This document shows positions 17,763 to 25,248 of a DNA stretch of 64,000 nucleotides, in pieces; position 1 is the first letter of the stretch; every line of letters starts with the position of its first letter. Below the pieces are notes generated by a model. It was not told the origin of the DNA. It did not search any database and saw nothing but the letters and a program-made list of their open reading frames with translations. The position numbers and the translations under genes are program-made. The stretch spans positions 9,690 to 73,689 of the forward strand of contig CALENB010000254.1 in assembly GCA_937910235.1 (NCBI GenBank), given 5' to 3'. The stretch is from an uncultured Myxococcales bacterium. GTDB lineage: Bacteria > Myxococcota_A > UBA9042.

Positions 17763-19073
17763 ATGTTTGTGCTCGACTCCTCCCGCATCGTCTCGGCGGC
17801 GCTCCTGCAGTCCTACGATCTGCATCGGGGCGCGATGCAGACCGTGGTTGGCGGGCGCTCAGCGATTGATATCTCGCGGCTGGAGGTGGTTGACGTCGAC
17901 CAGGCCCGCGCGTTCCTGCTGCGCTATGGGTACGACGTCGACGATCCGTCGCATATCGACGCCATCGAAAAGAACCGCTCCCAAGCCATCGGCTTCCTTC
18001 GTGGCGTCTTGCTGAGTCGAGTCGATCTGGAGATGCCAGCCTGGCTGGACGACCTGCCCGTGTTGGAGCTGCTCCTCACCGCCGCTATCGGGCTTCACCA
18101 TGCCGATCCAACGATCGCGCTGCGGCAGGCGTGGGCCTGCGCGCTGTTGCGGGTGATGCATACGTTCGCGCACGCTGAGAACTACTTCCAGCACGCGTAC
18201 TACCCTCAAATCCGCGAGTCGATCCTCAACCGTTTCGTCGAGCAGGTCGGCACCCGCCAGGATGGTTCGCCTGTGCTGCACGGTCGGACCCATGATGTGC
18301 CGCTCGTCGGATTTGACGTCAAAGAAGCCAAGCCGCTGCGTTCGGTCGTGCTCAAGCTCCTGCACAAGGCGGAGAACGTCGCGACAGATCTGTTTGATCA
18401 CATCGGCGTGCGCATCGTCGTCAACCGGCCCATCGACGCCATCTTCGCGGTGCGCGCCCTGCTCGACACCCACACCATCATGTTCGCGAACATCAAGCCG
18501 ACGCGGTCCCGCAACACGCTGGTGGACATCGACGCCCTCACCCGAGAGATCGCCGGCGTGACCCAGCGCGTGGAGGCTGGCCTGCTGAGCGAAGCGGAGG
18601 CCACCGAGGAACTCAACCGGTTTCAAGTGCGGCCAGAGGGCGACGAACAGACCACCTGGAACCAGCACTCATCGGCCCGGTACCGCTCGATGCAGTTCAC
18701 GTGTCGCCAGCTGATCCGCCTCACGAACCCTGTGTGGCAGCGGCTTGAGCGCGCCAAGCAGGTGGCCCGACAGCACCTGACGGGCGACGCGCTGGCGATG
18801 ATGGTAGCCGAGCTCGACAGCGTCGGTGTGGAACAGGAGATCCAGTTCTTCTTTCCGTATGAGGTTCAGATCATGGACCAAGAGAGCCGGCAGGAAGCCA
18901 CACAGGGGCGCGCCTCGTACAGCGAGTACAAGCGTCGTCAGATCGTCGCGGTGCGCAAACGTGTGCTCGGCCGGGTGATGGCGCTGGAAGGCCTTGATCC
19001 CGACGCGGAGCCGCGCCGGTTGCGCCAGACGGTGCCGCTGCGACCGCTGCACGAGCTGCTCAACGCCCGCTGA
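17763..19073 (+). CDS. divergent RelA/SpoT-fold (nucleotidyl/pyrophosphokinase-like) protein, function unknown
   Basis: ..LFDHIGVRIVVNRPIDAIFAV.. (cf. D.aGiRii), ..ARYRSMQFTCRQLIRL.. (cf. GYrSlHl), ..FFFPYEVQIMDQESR.. (cf. vEiQiRT), ..YSEYKRR... Start uncertain (17577/17745/17763). Confidence 0.55.
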   Translation: MFVLDSSRIVSAALLQSYDLHRGAMQTVVGGRSAIDISRLEVVDVDQARAFLLRYGYDVDDPSHIDAIEKNRSQAIGFLRGVLLSRVDLEMPAWLDDLPVLELLLTAAIGLHHADPTIALRQAWACALLRVMHTFAHAENYFQHAYYPQIRESILNRFVEQVGTRQDGSPVLHGRTHDVPLVGFDVKEAKPLRSVVLKLLHKAENVATDLFDHIGVRIVVNRPIDAIFAVRALLDTHTIMFANIKPTRSRNTLVDIDALTREIAGVTQRVEAGLLSEAEATEELNRFQVRPEGDEQTTWNQHSSARYRSMQFTCRQLIRLTNPVWQRLERAKQVARQHLTGDALAMMVAELDSVGVEQEIQFFFPYEVQIMDQESRQEATQGRASYSEYKRRQIVAVRKRVLGRVMALEGLDPDAEPRRLRQTVPLRPLHELLNAR

Positions 19074-19074
19074 C

Positions 19075-19797
19075 ATGGACGTACGATTTCCAGCCAGCGA
19101 GACGTTGCCCGAGGGGAGCGTGGCCGGCCGTCGGCTCTGCGCCTATGAAGAGGCCTTGGCCGTGATGAACACGCTCGTCGCACGCCGGCGCGACGAGCCC
19201 GATGTGCTGCTCAGCCTGGAACACCCGCCGACGATCACCCTCGGCCGGCGTGGCGGGCACGACAGCGTGCACAGCCAGGTCCTGACGCTGCCGGGCCGCG
19301 GCGCCTTTCCAGTGGCGGTGCACGAGGTGGCGCGTGGCGGCGCCGTGACCTATCACGCCCCTGGTCAGCTGGTGATCTACCCGGTCGTGCAGCTCCGCGC
19401 GCTGAGCGGCCTCCTGGGGCGTGGCCCTTTGGGGGACCTGGGCGGCTACGTCCGGGCGCTTGAGCGCTGCATCGTCGAGACCTGCGCGGCGTTTGGCCTG
19501 GAGACGCACCTGCAGACCGGCCGCTCTGGCGTGTGGATTGGGCCGCAGGTGAAGCTAGCTAGCATCGGCGTGGGCGTGCGCGGCGGCTGGACCTTCCACG
19601 GTCTGGCGCTGAACGTGAATCCGCACCTGGAAGGGTTCGACCTTGTGACCCCGTGCGGCCTCGATGGCGTCACGATGACGACGTTGTGGCGTGAGTTGGA
19701 GCAACGCGACCAGCCCGTGCCGGCGTTTGCGGACGTCGAGGCCGATCTGATCAGACGCCTCGCGGCGGTGCTCGACCGGGCGGTCGTCCCAAGCTAG
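19075..19797 (+). CDS. lipB: lipoyl(octanoyl) transferase
   Basis: ..LLSLEHPPTITLGRRG.., ..VARGGAVTYHAPGQLVIYPV.., ..KLASIGVGVRGGWTFHGLALNVNP..VTPCGL... Confidence 0.9.
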   Translation: MDVRFPASETLPEGSVAGRRLCAYEEALAVMNTLVARRRDEPDVLLSLEHPPTITLGRRGGHDSVHSQVLTLPGRGAFPVAVHEVARGGAVTYHAPGQLVIYPVVQLRALSGLLGRGPLGDLGGYVRALERCIVETCAAFGLETHLQTGRSGVWIGPQVKLASIGVGVRGGWTFHGLALNVNPHLEGFDLVTPCGLDGVTMTTLWRELEQRDQPVPAFADVEADLIRRLAAVLDRAVVPS

Positions 19798-19952
19798 CGA
19801 CCCAGCTGTCCAGCGACCCAGCGACCCAGCTGTCTAGCTGTCTAGCGACCTGCACCGCGCGGACCGCCGCTGGGAATGGCCGACGCCTGCCCCGGGTTTG
19901 CGGTGCCACAGGCGTTCTCGTGGCCAGCGCGGCCGCGGCCTGACCGCGCACG

Positions 19953-19980
19953 TTGACAGCGCGGAACCCGCGCTTATACT
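19953..19980 (+). promoter_or_regulatory. candidate sigma70-type promoter with an embedded palindrome
   Basis: TTGACA (19953-19958), 16 nt, TATACT (19975-19980), about 90 nt upstream of the 20071 ATG. The spacer is the perfect inverted repeat AGCGCGG-AAC-CCGCGCT. Confidence 0.5.
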
Positions 19981-20070
19981 CGCGCGCCATTATCTGCGGC
20001 AGGTTCGCCGTACGGAAGCCCGCGTTATCCGGCCAAGTGGCCCAACACGGCAAGGGAGACAAGGGACAAT

Positions 20071-22044
20071 ATGAATATGATCAGCAAGACCCTCGCCGCT
20101 GCCGCCATGCTGAGCCTCGTGCTCACGGGCTGCGGCGACAAGAAGAAGACGGACGGTGCCAAGCCAGCCGTGAAGACGGCCGCACCGGCCAAACCTGTCG
20201 CGGAGGCGCCGACCGAGTCAGCGATCCCGGCGACGATGCCCGTAACGGGAGGCAAGGACGCCCTCGTCACGATCATCGAGGTGTCGGACTTCCAGTGCCC
20301 CTTCTGCAGCCGCGTCGGACCGACGATGAAGCAGATCAAGGCGGCCTACAAGGATCAGGTCCGGATCGTGTGGGTCAACAACCCGCTCTCTTTCCACAAC
20401 CGCGCCAAGCCGGCCGCGCTCGCCTCCATGGCGGCGCATCGCCAGGGCAAGTTCTGGGAGATGCACGACAAGCTCTTCGCCAACCAACGCGAGTTGACGG
20501 ACGAGAACTTCAAGAAGTGGGCCACCGAGCTCAAGCTTGACCTCGCCAAGTTCGACGCCGACATGAAGGACCCGGTCCTCAGCAAGCAGATCGACCGTGA
20601 GCAGCAGGCCGCCCAGGCGACCGGCGCTCGTGGCACGCCCGGCTTCTTCATCAACGGCAAGCTGCTCTCCGGCGCTCAGCCCTTCCCGGCGTTCAAGAAA
20701 GAGATCGACTTGGCGCTCGAAGCCGCGAAGAAGTCTCGCGACGGCGGCAAGAAAGGCATGGCGCTCCTCGAGGAGACCTTCGCCGCGCGTGACGCCAAGA
20801 TTGGCCCGCAGGTGGTCGGTTACTTCTTCAAGGGCGAGAAGATCGTCGCCGCCGCGCCGGAGAAGCGTGAAGCTCCGAAGGGCCCGGTCACGCCGCCCAA
20901 GGACAGCTACACCATCTGGAAGGTCCCGGTCGACGTCAAAAACGACATGATCATGGGCAACAACGACGAAGCGGTCGTCACGATCGTCGAGTTTTCGGAC
21001 TTCGAGTGCCCCTTCTGCAGCCGCGGCAAAGACACCGTCACCGAAGTGAAGAAGCTGTACGGCGACAAAGTCCGCGTGGTCTTCAAGCACCACCCCCTCC
21101 CCTTCCACCGCAACGCCCGCGGCGCTCACCGCGCCTCGATCGCGGCTGGCAAGCAGGGCAAGTTCTGGGAGTTCCACGACAAGGCGTTCGCCAACTCGCG
21201 CGCGCTCAACGACGAGAACTACAAGAAGTGGGCCACCGAGCTGAAGCTCGATCTGGCCAAGTTCGAGAAGGACTCGAAGGATCCGGCCTCGGACAAGCAG
21301 GTCGTCAGCGACATGGAGATGGCCGGTACCGTCTCGGTGCGTGGTACGCCGAACTTCGTCATCAACGGTCGCAAGATCGTGGGTGCGCAGCCGGTCGACA
21401 TGTTCAAGGCCATCGTCGACGAGGAGTTGAAGAAGGCTGGCGACAAGAAAGGCCACGGCTACTACGAGGAGATCATCGGCAAGGGCAAGATCTTCAGCGA
21501 GCTCGACGCGACCGTTCATGAGTTTCAGGACATTGGGCTACCCACCAAGGGTCCCAAGAACGCGAAGGTCACGATCCACGAGTTCTCGGACTTTCAGTGC
21601 CCCTACTGCAGCCGCGTCGCCGCGCCCGTCGCCGAGATCGCGAAGCGCTACAAGGGCAAAGTGAAGGTGGTGTTCGCTCACTATCCGCTGAGCTTCCACA
21701 AGAACGCGCGGCCTGCGTCGTGGCTCGCGCAGCACGCCTTCGAGAAGGGCGGTGCGGATGCCTTCGGCAAGATCCATGACAAGCTCTTCGCGGAGCAGCG
21801 CGCGCTGTCGCCCGAGAAGATCGCGGAGATCGCCAAAGAGTTCGGCTACGACATGAAGGACGTCGAGGCCAACAAGGACAAGTACGACGCCATCATCACC
21901 AAGGCCATGGCCATGGGTGATAAGGCTGGCCTTCGCGGCACGCCGACCGTCTACATCAACGGTCGCAAGTATGAGCCTGGCGCGGGCTACACCCCGGCCG
22001 CGTTCAGCAAGACCATCGACAAGCTGCTCGCTGGCAAGCTGTAG
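20071..22044 (+). CDS. lipoprotein with three tandem DsbA-like thioredoxin-fold domains
   Basis: Lipobox LVLTGCG. There are three CxxC centres: SDFQCPFCSRV, SDFECPFCSRG and SDFQCPYCSRV. Each is followed by ..HPLxFH.. and ..GTPxFxINGR... Confidence 0.85.
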   Translation: MNMISKTLAAAAMLSLVLTGCGDKKKTDGAKPAVKTAAPAKPVAEAPTESAIPATMPVTGGKDALVTIIEVSDFQCPFCSRVGPTMKQIKAAYKDQVRIVWVNNPLSFHNRAKPAALASMAAHRQGKFWEMHDKLFANQRELTDENFKKWATELKLDLAKFDADMKDPVLSKQIDREQQAAQATGARGTPGFFINGKLLSGAQPFPAFKKEIDLALEAAKKSRDGGKKGMALLEETFAARDAKIGPQVVGYFFKGEKIVAAAPEKREAPKGPVTPPKDSYTIWKVPVDVKNDMIMGNNDEAVVTIVEFSDFECPFCSRGKDTVTEVKKLYGDKVRVVFKHHPLPFHRNARGAHRASIAAGKQGKFWEFHDKAFANSRALNDENYKKWATELKLDLAKFEKDSKDPASDKQVVSDMEMAGTVSVRGTPNFVINGRKIVGAQPVDMFKAIVDEELKKAGDKKGHGYYEEIIGKGKIFSELDATVHEFQDIGLPTKGPKNAKVTIHEFSDFQCPYCSRVAAPVAEIAKRYKGKVKVVFAHYPLSFHKNARPASWLAQHAFEKGGADAFGKIHDKLFAEQRALSPEKIAEIAKEFGYDMKDVEANKDKYDAIITKAMAMGDKAGLRGTPTVYINGRKYEPGAGYTPAAFSKTIDKLLAGKL

Positions 22045-22080
22045 GTCGATCGCCGCCTCACCCGCGGTGATGTGAACGTG

Positions 22081-22125
22081 CAACGGGCCGCCCTCCTTCG
22101 TGGAGGGCGGCCCGTTGCCGTTTTG
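22081..22125. terminator. rho-independent terminator between convergent genes
   Basis: CAACGGGCCGCCCTCC-ttcgt-GGAGGGCGGCCCGTTG, a 16-bp perfect stem, followed by CCGTTTTG on the plus strand. Confidence 0.8.
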
Positions 22126-22171
22126 TCGTGTCGATTCTTGGGGAGCCAGCTGGCGAACGAACGCGCGCAGC

Positions 22172-22423
22172 TCACGGCACAGGAAAGATCGACTCGATGC
22201 GGATCGCCGGGTAGTGGGCCAGGCCGTTGGTCAGCAGGACGACGCTCAGCAAGCTCAGGCTGAACACGGCGATGAAGCCGACGACGTATTCATCCCAGCG
22301 CCGCCCGCGAAACCAGAGCGCCAACACCAGCACGGCGAGCGCAGCGCTGAAGAGCGCCGACGATGAGACGAGGCGTACGTCGAGCAGAATCCAGCCTGCG
22401 TATCGAAACCCGGTCTCCGTCAC
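22172..22423 (-). CDS. small membrane protein, hypothetical
   Basis: 83 aa with two hydrophobic spans (..ALFSAALAVLVLALWF.., ..VVGFIAVFSLSLLSVVLL..). Confidence 0.4.
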   Translation of the reverse strand: MTETGFRYAGWILLDVRLVSSSALFSAALAVLVLALWFRGRRWDEYVVGFIAVFSLSLLSVVLLTNGLAHYPAIRIESIFPVP

Positions 22424-22618
22424 GACGTCTCCAGTGGTAGAGGTCGCGCCAGTCTACGCAGGTTGCCAGCGTTGACAACGCGGTGCAGCGCAGCCCGCGA
22501 TTTGCCCGGATCGACGGCCGATGCGCGACCAATCTGGCGACGCCGCGGCGCTTCAACGAAAAAATGGAAATTGTGGGGTGGCCAGCTAGGCTCGGGGCGC
22601 CGTCAGCCCCGCGATGCC

Positions 22619-23083
22619 ATGACCCGTCTACTCCTCACCCTGCTGCCTCTCCTGTTCACCTTCACAGGGTGCGATCGTGTTGCACGTCTGTCGCCGAAGG
22701 CGCCCGAGCGTCGCCTCACCGTCATCCCGAGCGCAGCGCCGCGGCAGTCGTTCCAGGTCACGGTGACGGATGAGCGCTATCTGGCCGACGTCGCCCGCCG
22801 TCTGGGCACGACGGTCGAGGCGATCATCCGCGACAATCACCTGCCCGACAGCACGATCCACGCCGGACAGCAGCTGAAGGTGCAGAGCACGTCGCGACGC
22901 TTCGTGGAGTTTGAGCGTCTGCAGCAGGTTCGAGCTGAGCGCCGATTGAAGCGAGCCGAGGCCCGACGCGTGGCTGAGGCCGCCAAGGCCGCGGAGCTCA
23001 ACGCCAAGAAGCACCGTCGCGTGCGCAGGCGTCCTAAGCGCCGCCACAAGGGCGGCAAGCGCCGCAGCCCCTTGCACCGCTAG
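22619..23083 (+). CDS. LysM-domain lipoprotein with a highly basic C-terminal tail
   Basis: MTRLLLTLLPLLFTFTGC is a lipobox. LysM: ..YLADVARRLGTTVEAIIRDNHLPDSTIHAGQQLKV... Tail: ..KKHRRVRRRPKRRHKGGKRR... Confidence 0.7.
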   Translation: MTRLLLTLLPLLFTFTGCDRVARLSPKAPERRLTVIPSAAPRQSFQVTVTDERYLADVARRLGTTVEAIIRDNHLPDSTIHAGQQLKVQSTSRRFVEFERLQQVRAERRLKRAEARRVAEAAKAAELNAKKHRRVRRRPKRRHKGGKRRSPLHR

Positions 23084-23116
23084 CCGGCGGGGCGCTCTCG
23101 GGGCTGAGCGCGACCT

Positions 23117-23205
23117 GGCGCGGCGCTGTGGCGGCGTGTGGCGCGGCACGAGACCGTGGTGGCGCGGCAATGTCGTGCGGCGCGGCAATGTCGTGCGGCG
23201 CGGGC
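23117..23205. repeat. short tandem repeat array (GGCGCGGC-containing units)
   Basis: The exact 18-mer GGCGCGGCAATGTCGTGC occurs twice in tandem (23161-23178 and 23179-23196). It is flanked by degenerate copies (..TGGCGCGGCGCTG.., ..TGGCGCGGCACG.., ..GGCGCGGGCG..). Confidence 0.7.
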
Positions 23206-23238
23206 GACGACGTCCTGAGAACGAACGTGTTGAAACGG

Positions 23239-23275
23239 CGAAGGGCAGCTGAGTCTTGGACTCAGCTGCCCTTCG
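23239..23275. terminator. bidirectional terminator-like hairpin between convergent genes
   Basis: CGAAGGGCAGCTGAGTC-ttg-GACTCAGCTGCCCTTCG, a 17-bp perfect stem with a 3-nt loop. Only weak T-runs flank it. Confidence 0.65.
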
Positions 23276-23319
23276 CTGTGTCGCCGGAGTCGGCGTCGGT
23301 TTGGATGTGTTGGTTGGAC

Positions 23320-25089
23320 CTACGGCGTACCGTCGGCGCAGTAGCCACCGGCGCCGCTGGTGCCGCCGCCCGTGCCCATGGCAGCCGTCAAGCAGCTCAG
23401 GTCGGAGCAAGACTTGCCACCGTAGCAGGTCGGGTCTGGCTTGCTGCCTGTGAGCGCGGAGAGGCAAGTGAGCAAGCTTAGCGGGTTGCCGCCGCCGCTA
23501 CCGCCCTTCGACTGGCAGCACGAGCCGAGGCCTGCCGGGTCGCAGGCCTTGCTCTTCGCGTCCTTGGTGCAGTCACAGGCCGACAGGCTGAGCAGCTTGC
23601 AGATCGAATCGTCCCACGTAGAGCCGCCCGTGCTGGCGCTGCCGCAGCTGCACACACCCGCGCCCGAGGAGGCGGGCGTCGTGCTCGGCAGCCCCGGAAT
23701 CGAGGGCAAGCCGCCGCCACCCAGCCCAAGCAGGTCGAATGGTTTACAGACGCTGCCGGCCTTGGCGTTGCAGAACGCGACGACGTTGTCGCACTGACCC
23801 TTGGTGTCGTAGCAGGTCTCGGTGGCGACATCGCAGACCAAGGTAAAGCCCGAGGTACCGGCCTTGCAGTCGGCGTCGGCCTTGCATTTGGTGGTCGGCG
23901 TTATCGTGCCCCCGGTCGAGCCGCTGCACGTGAACGTCTTGGCGGAGCAGCTGCCCTTCCCCGACTTCTTACAGTCGTCATCCGTCGCGCACTCCACGCA
24001 AGACCAAGCGCCGTTGATCTCAACACAGCCGGGGTAAGGATCTTGGCAGACCGAGCACTCGTTGCTCTGATTGGCCTTGGCGCAGCTGTTACCGATGCAC
24101 TTGGGTCCGACGCTACTGGCAGCGCAGTGGGTGTCATTGGTACAGGCCACGCACTCGCCGGTGACGAGCTTCTGCGGCTTGTCGTCCGGGCACTTCGCCA
24201 GCTGGCAGGTGTGCGACGACACGATGCAGCTGCCGTCCTTACAGTCGGCGTCCTGGAGGCACTCGACACATTTGCCGGCGATGCACTTGCCGGCGCAGCC
24301 TTTGCACACCGCGCTGCTGGTGCACGACGCGCCGTAGCAGCACGTCTCAGCCGTGAAGCTGCACGCCTTGATCCCGGTGCCGAAGTCGATGCAGGCCGAG
24401 TTCTCCGGGCAGCTCTCGCCCGCGGCGCAGTTCGGCGCGCACACCTTCTCGCTACCCTGCTTGACGCAGACCATGCCCGCGGCGCAGTCCTTGCTGAGCT
24501 GACAGGTGGCGCACGAGCCGCCGACCTTCATGCACTTCGGCGGTTTGGCCGCGAAATCGCAGTTTTCGTCGCCGGTGCAGCCGTCGACCGCGCAACCTTC
24601 ACACTTGAACGTCGGCGGAATGCAGAACTGCTGGGTCGCCTGGGTCGCCTGCTGGCAGAGCAGCCCGGCCGTGCACTCACTGCTCGCGGTGCACTTCTTG
24701 ACGCAGAAGTTGTGGTCCGTGCTGTTGAGCAGCGGCACGCAGCCGTAGCCATCCGCGCAATCCGCATCGGCCTGGCATGCAGCGCAGTCGCCGCCGTCCT
24801 TCGTGCCGGTCTTGCCGGTATCTTGGGCGGTCGTCGCGTCGGTCGCCGCGCCAGCGTCGTCGGCGGTTCCGGCGTCAAAGCCCGCTGCGACGTCACCGCC
24901 ACCAAAACCGACCGTACACTTCGACTGCACGCACGTCTGACCAGAGTCGCAGTCGCCGTCCACGGAGCAGGGCTTGTCGGCACCAGTGTTCGCGGAGCTC
25001 GACGGTTTGTCCGTGCCGCACGCCGTGAGGACGAGCGCGAGCGCGACGGGCAGGAGGATAGCGAGGGCGGCGGGCGTGCGGTGGTGCAT
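23320..25089 (-). CDS. extremely Cys-rich secreted lipoprotein (repeated C..C..D.DC..G..C modules)
   Basis: The start at 25089 gives MHHRTPAALAILLPVALALVLTACG (lipobox), with GGAG 9 nt upstream. My count is about 73 Cys in 589 aa. Modules include CSVDGDCDSGQTCVQSKC, CAACQADADCADGYGC, CATCQLSKDCAAGMVC and CVECLQDADCKDGSC. Confidence 0.75.
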   Translation of the reverse strand: MHHRTPAALAILLPVALALVLTACGTDKPSSSANTGADKPCSVDGDCDSGQTCVQSKCTVGFGGGDVAAGFDAGTADDAGAATDATTAQDTGKTGTKDGGDCAACQADADCADGYGCVPLLNSTDHNFCVKKCTASSECTAGLLCQQATQATQQFCIPPTFKCEGCAVDGCTGDENCDFAAKPPKCMKVGGSCATCQLSKDCAAGMVCVKQGSEKVCAPNCAAGESCPENSACIDFGTGIKACSFTAETCCYGASCTSSAVCKGCAGKCIAGKCVECLQDADCKDGSCIVSSHTCQLAKCPDDKPQKLVTGECVACTNDTHCAASSVGPKCIGNSCAKANQSNECSVCQDPYPGCVEINGAWSCVECATDDDCKKSGKGSCSAKTFTCSGSTGGTITPTTKCKADADCKAGTSGFTLVCDVATETCYDTKGQCDNVVAFCNAKAGSVCKPFDLLGLGGGGLPSIPGLPSTTPASSGAGVCSCGSASTGGSTWDDSICKLLSLSACDCTKDAKSKACDPAGLGSCCQSKGGSGGGNPLSLLTCLSALTGSKPDPTCYGGKSCSDLSCLTAAMGTGGGTSGAGGYCADGTP

Positions 25090-25248
25090 AGCGGTTCTCC
25101 ATGGGCGCCGATCGAACGCCGAGACGGCACGAAGGGTAGAGACGGCTCCGGGTGATTGCAACAACTGACGCGCTGCGCGTGTGACGGCTGGGAACCGGGT
25201 GCCCCAGCGCGCTTGAGATGCGGCGCCATCCTGAGCCATGCTGCCTGC

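Noticed and set aside
20218-21519. 433-aa minus-strand ORF
   Set aside because: It is antisense to the triple-DsbA gene and mirrors its internal repeats, so it is not independent coding.
23161-23196. Possible CRISPR-like repeats
   Set aside because: There are only two exact 18-nt units in direct tandem with no spacers and no cas genes nearby. This is a simple tandem repeat.
25156-25248. Upstream extension of the AsnB-like ORF (start at 25156)
   Set aside because: The extension overlaps the promoter/5' region of the divergent Cys-rich gene and adds a Cys/Arg-rich leader. The AsnB-like alignment begins exactly at the internal MHG (25249).
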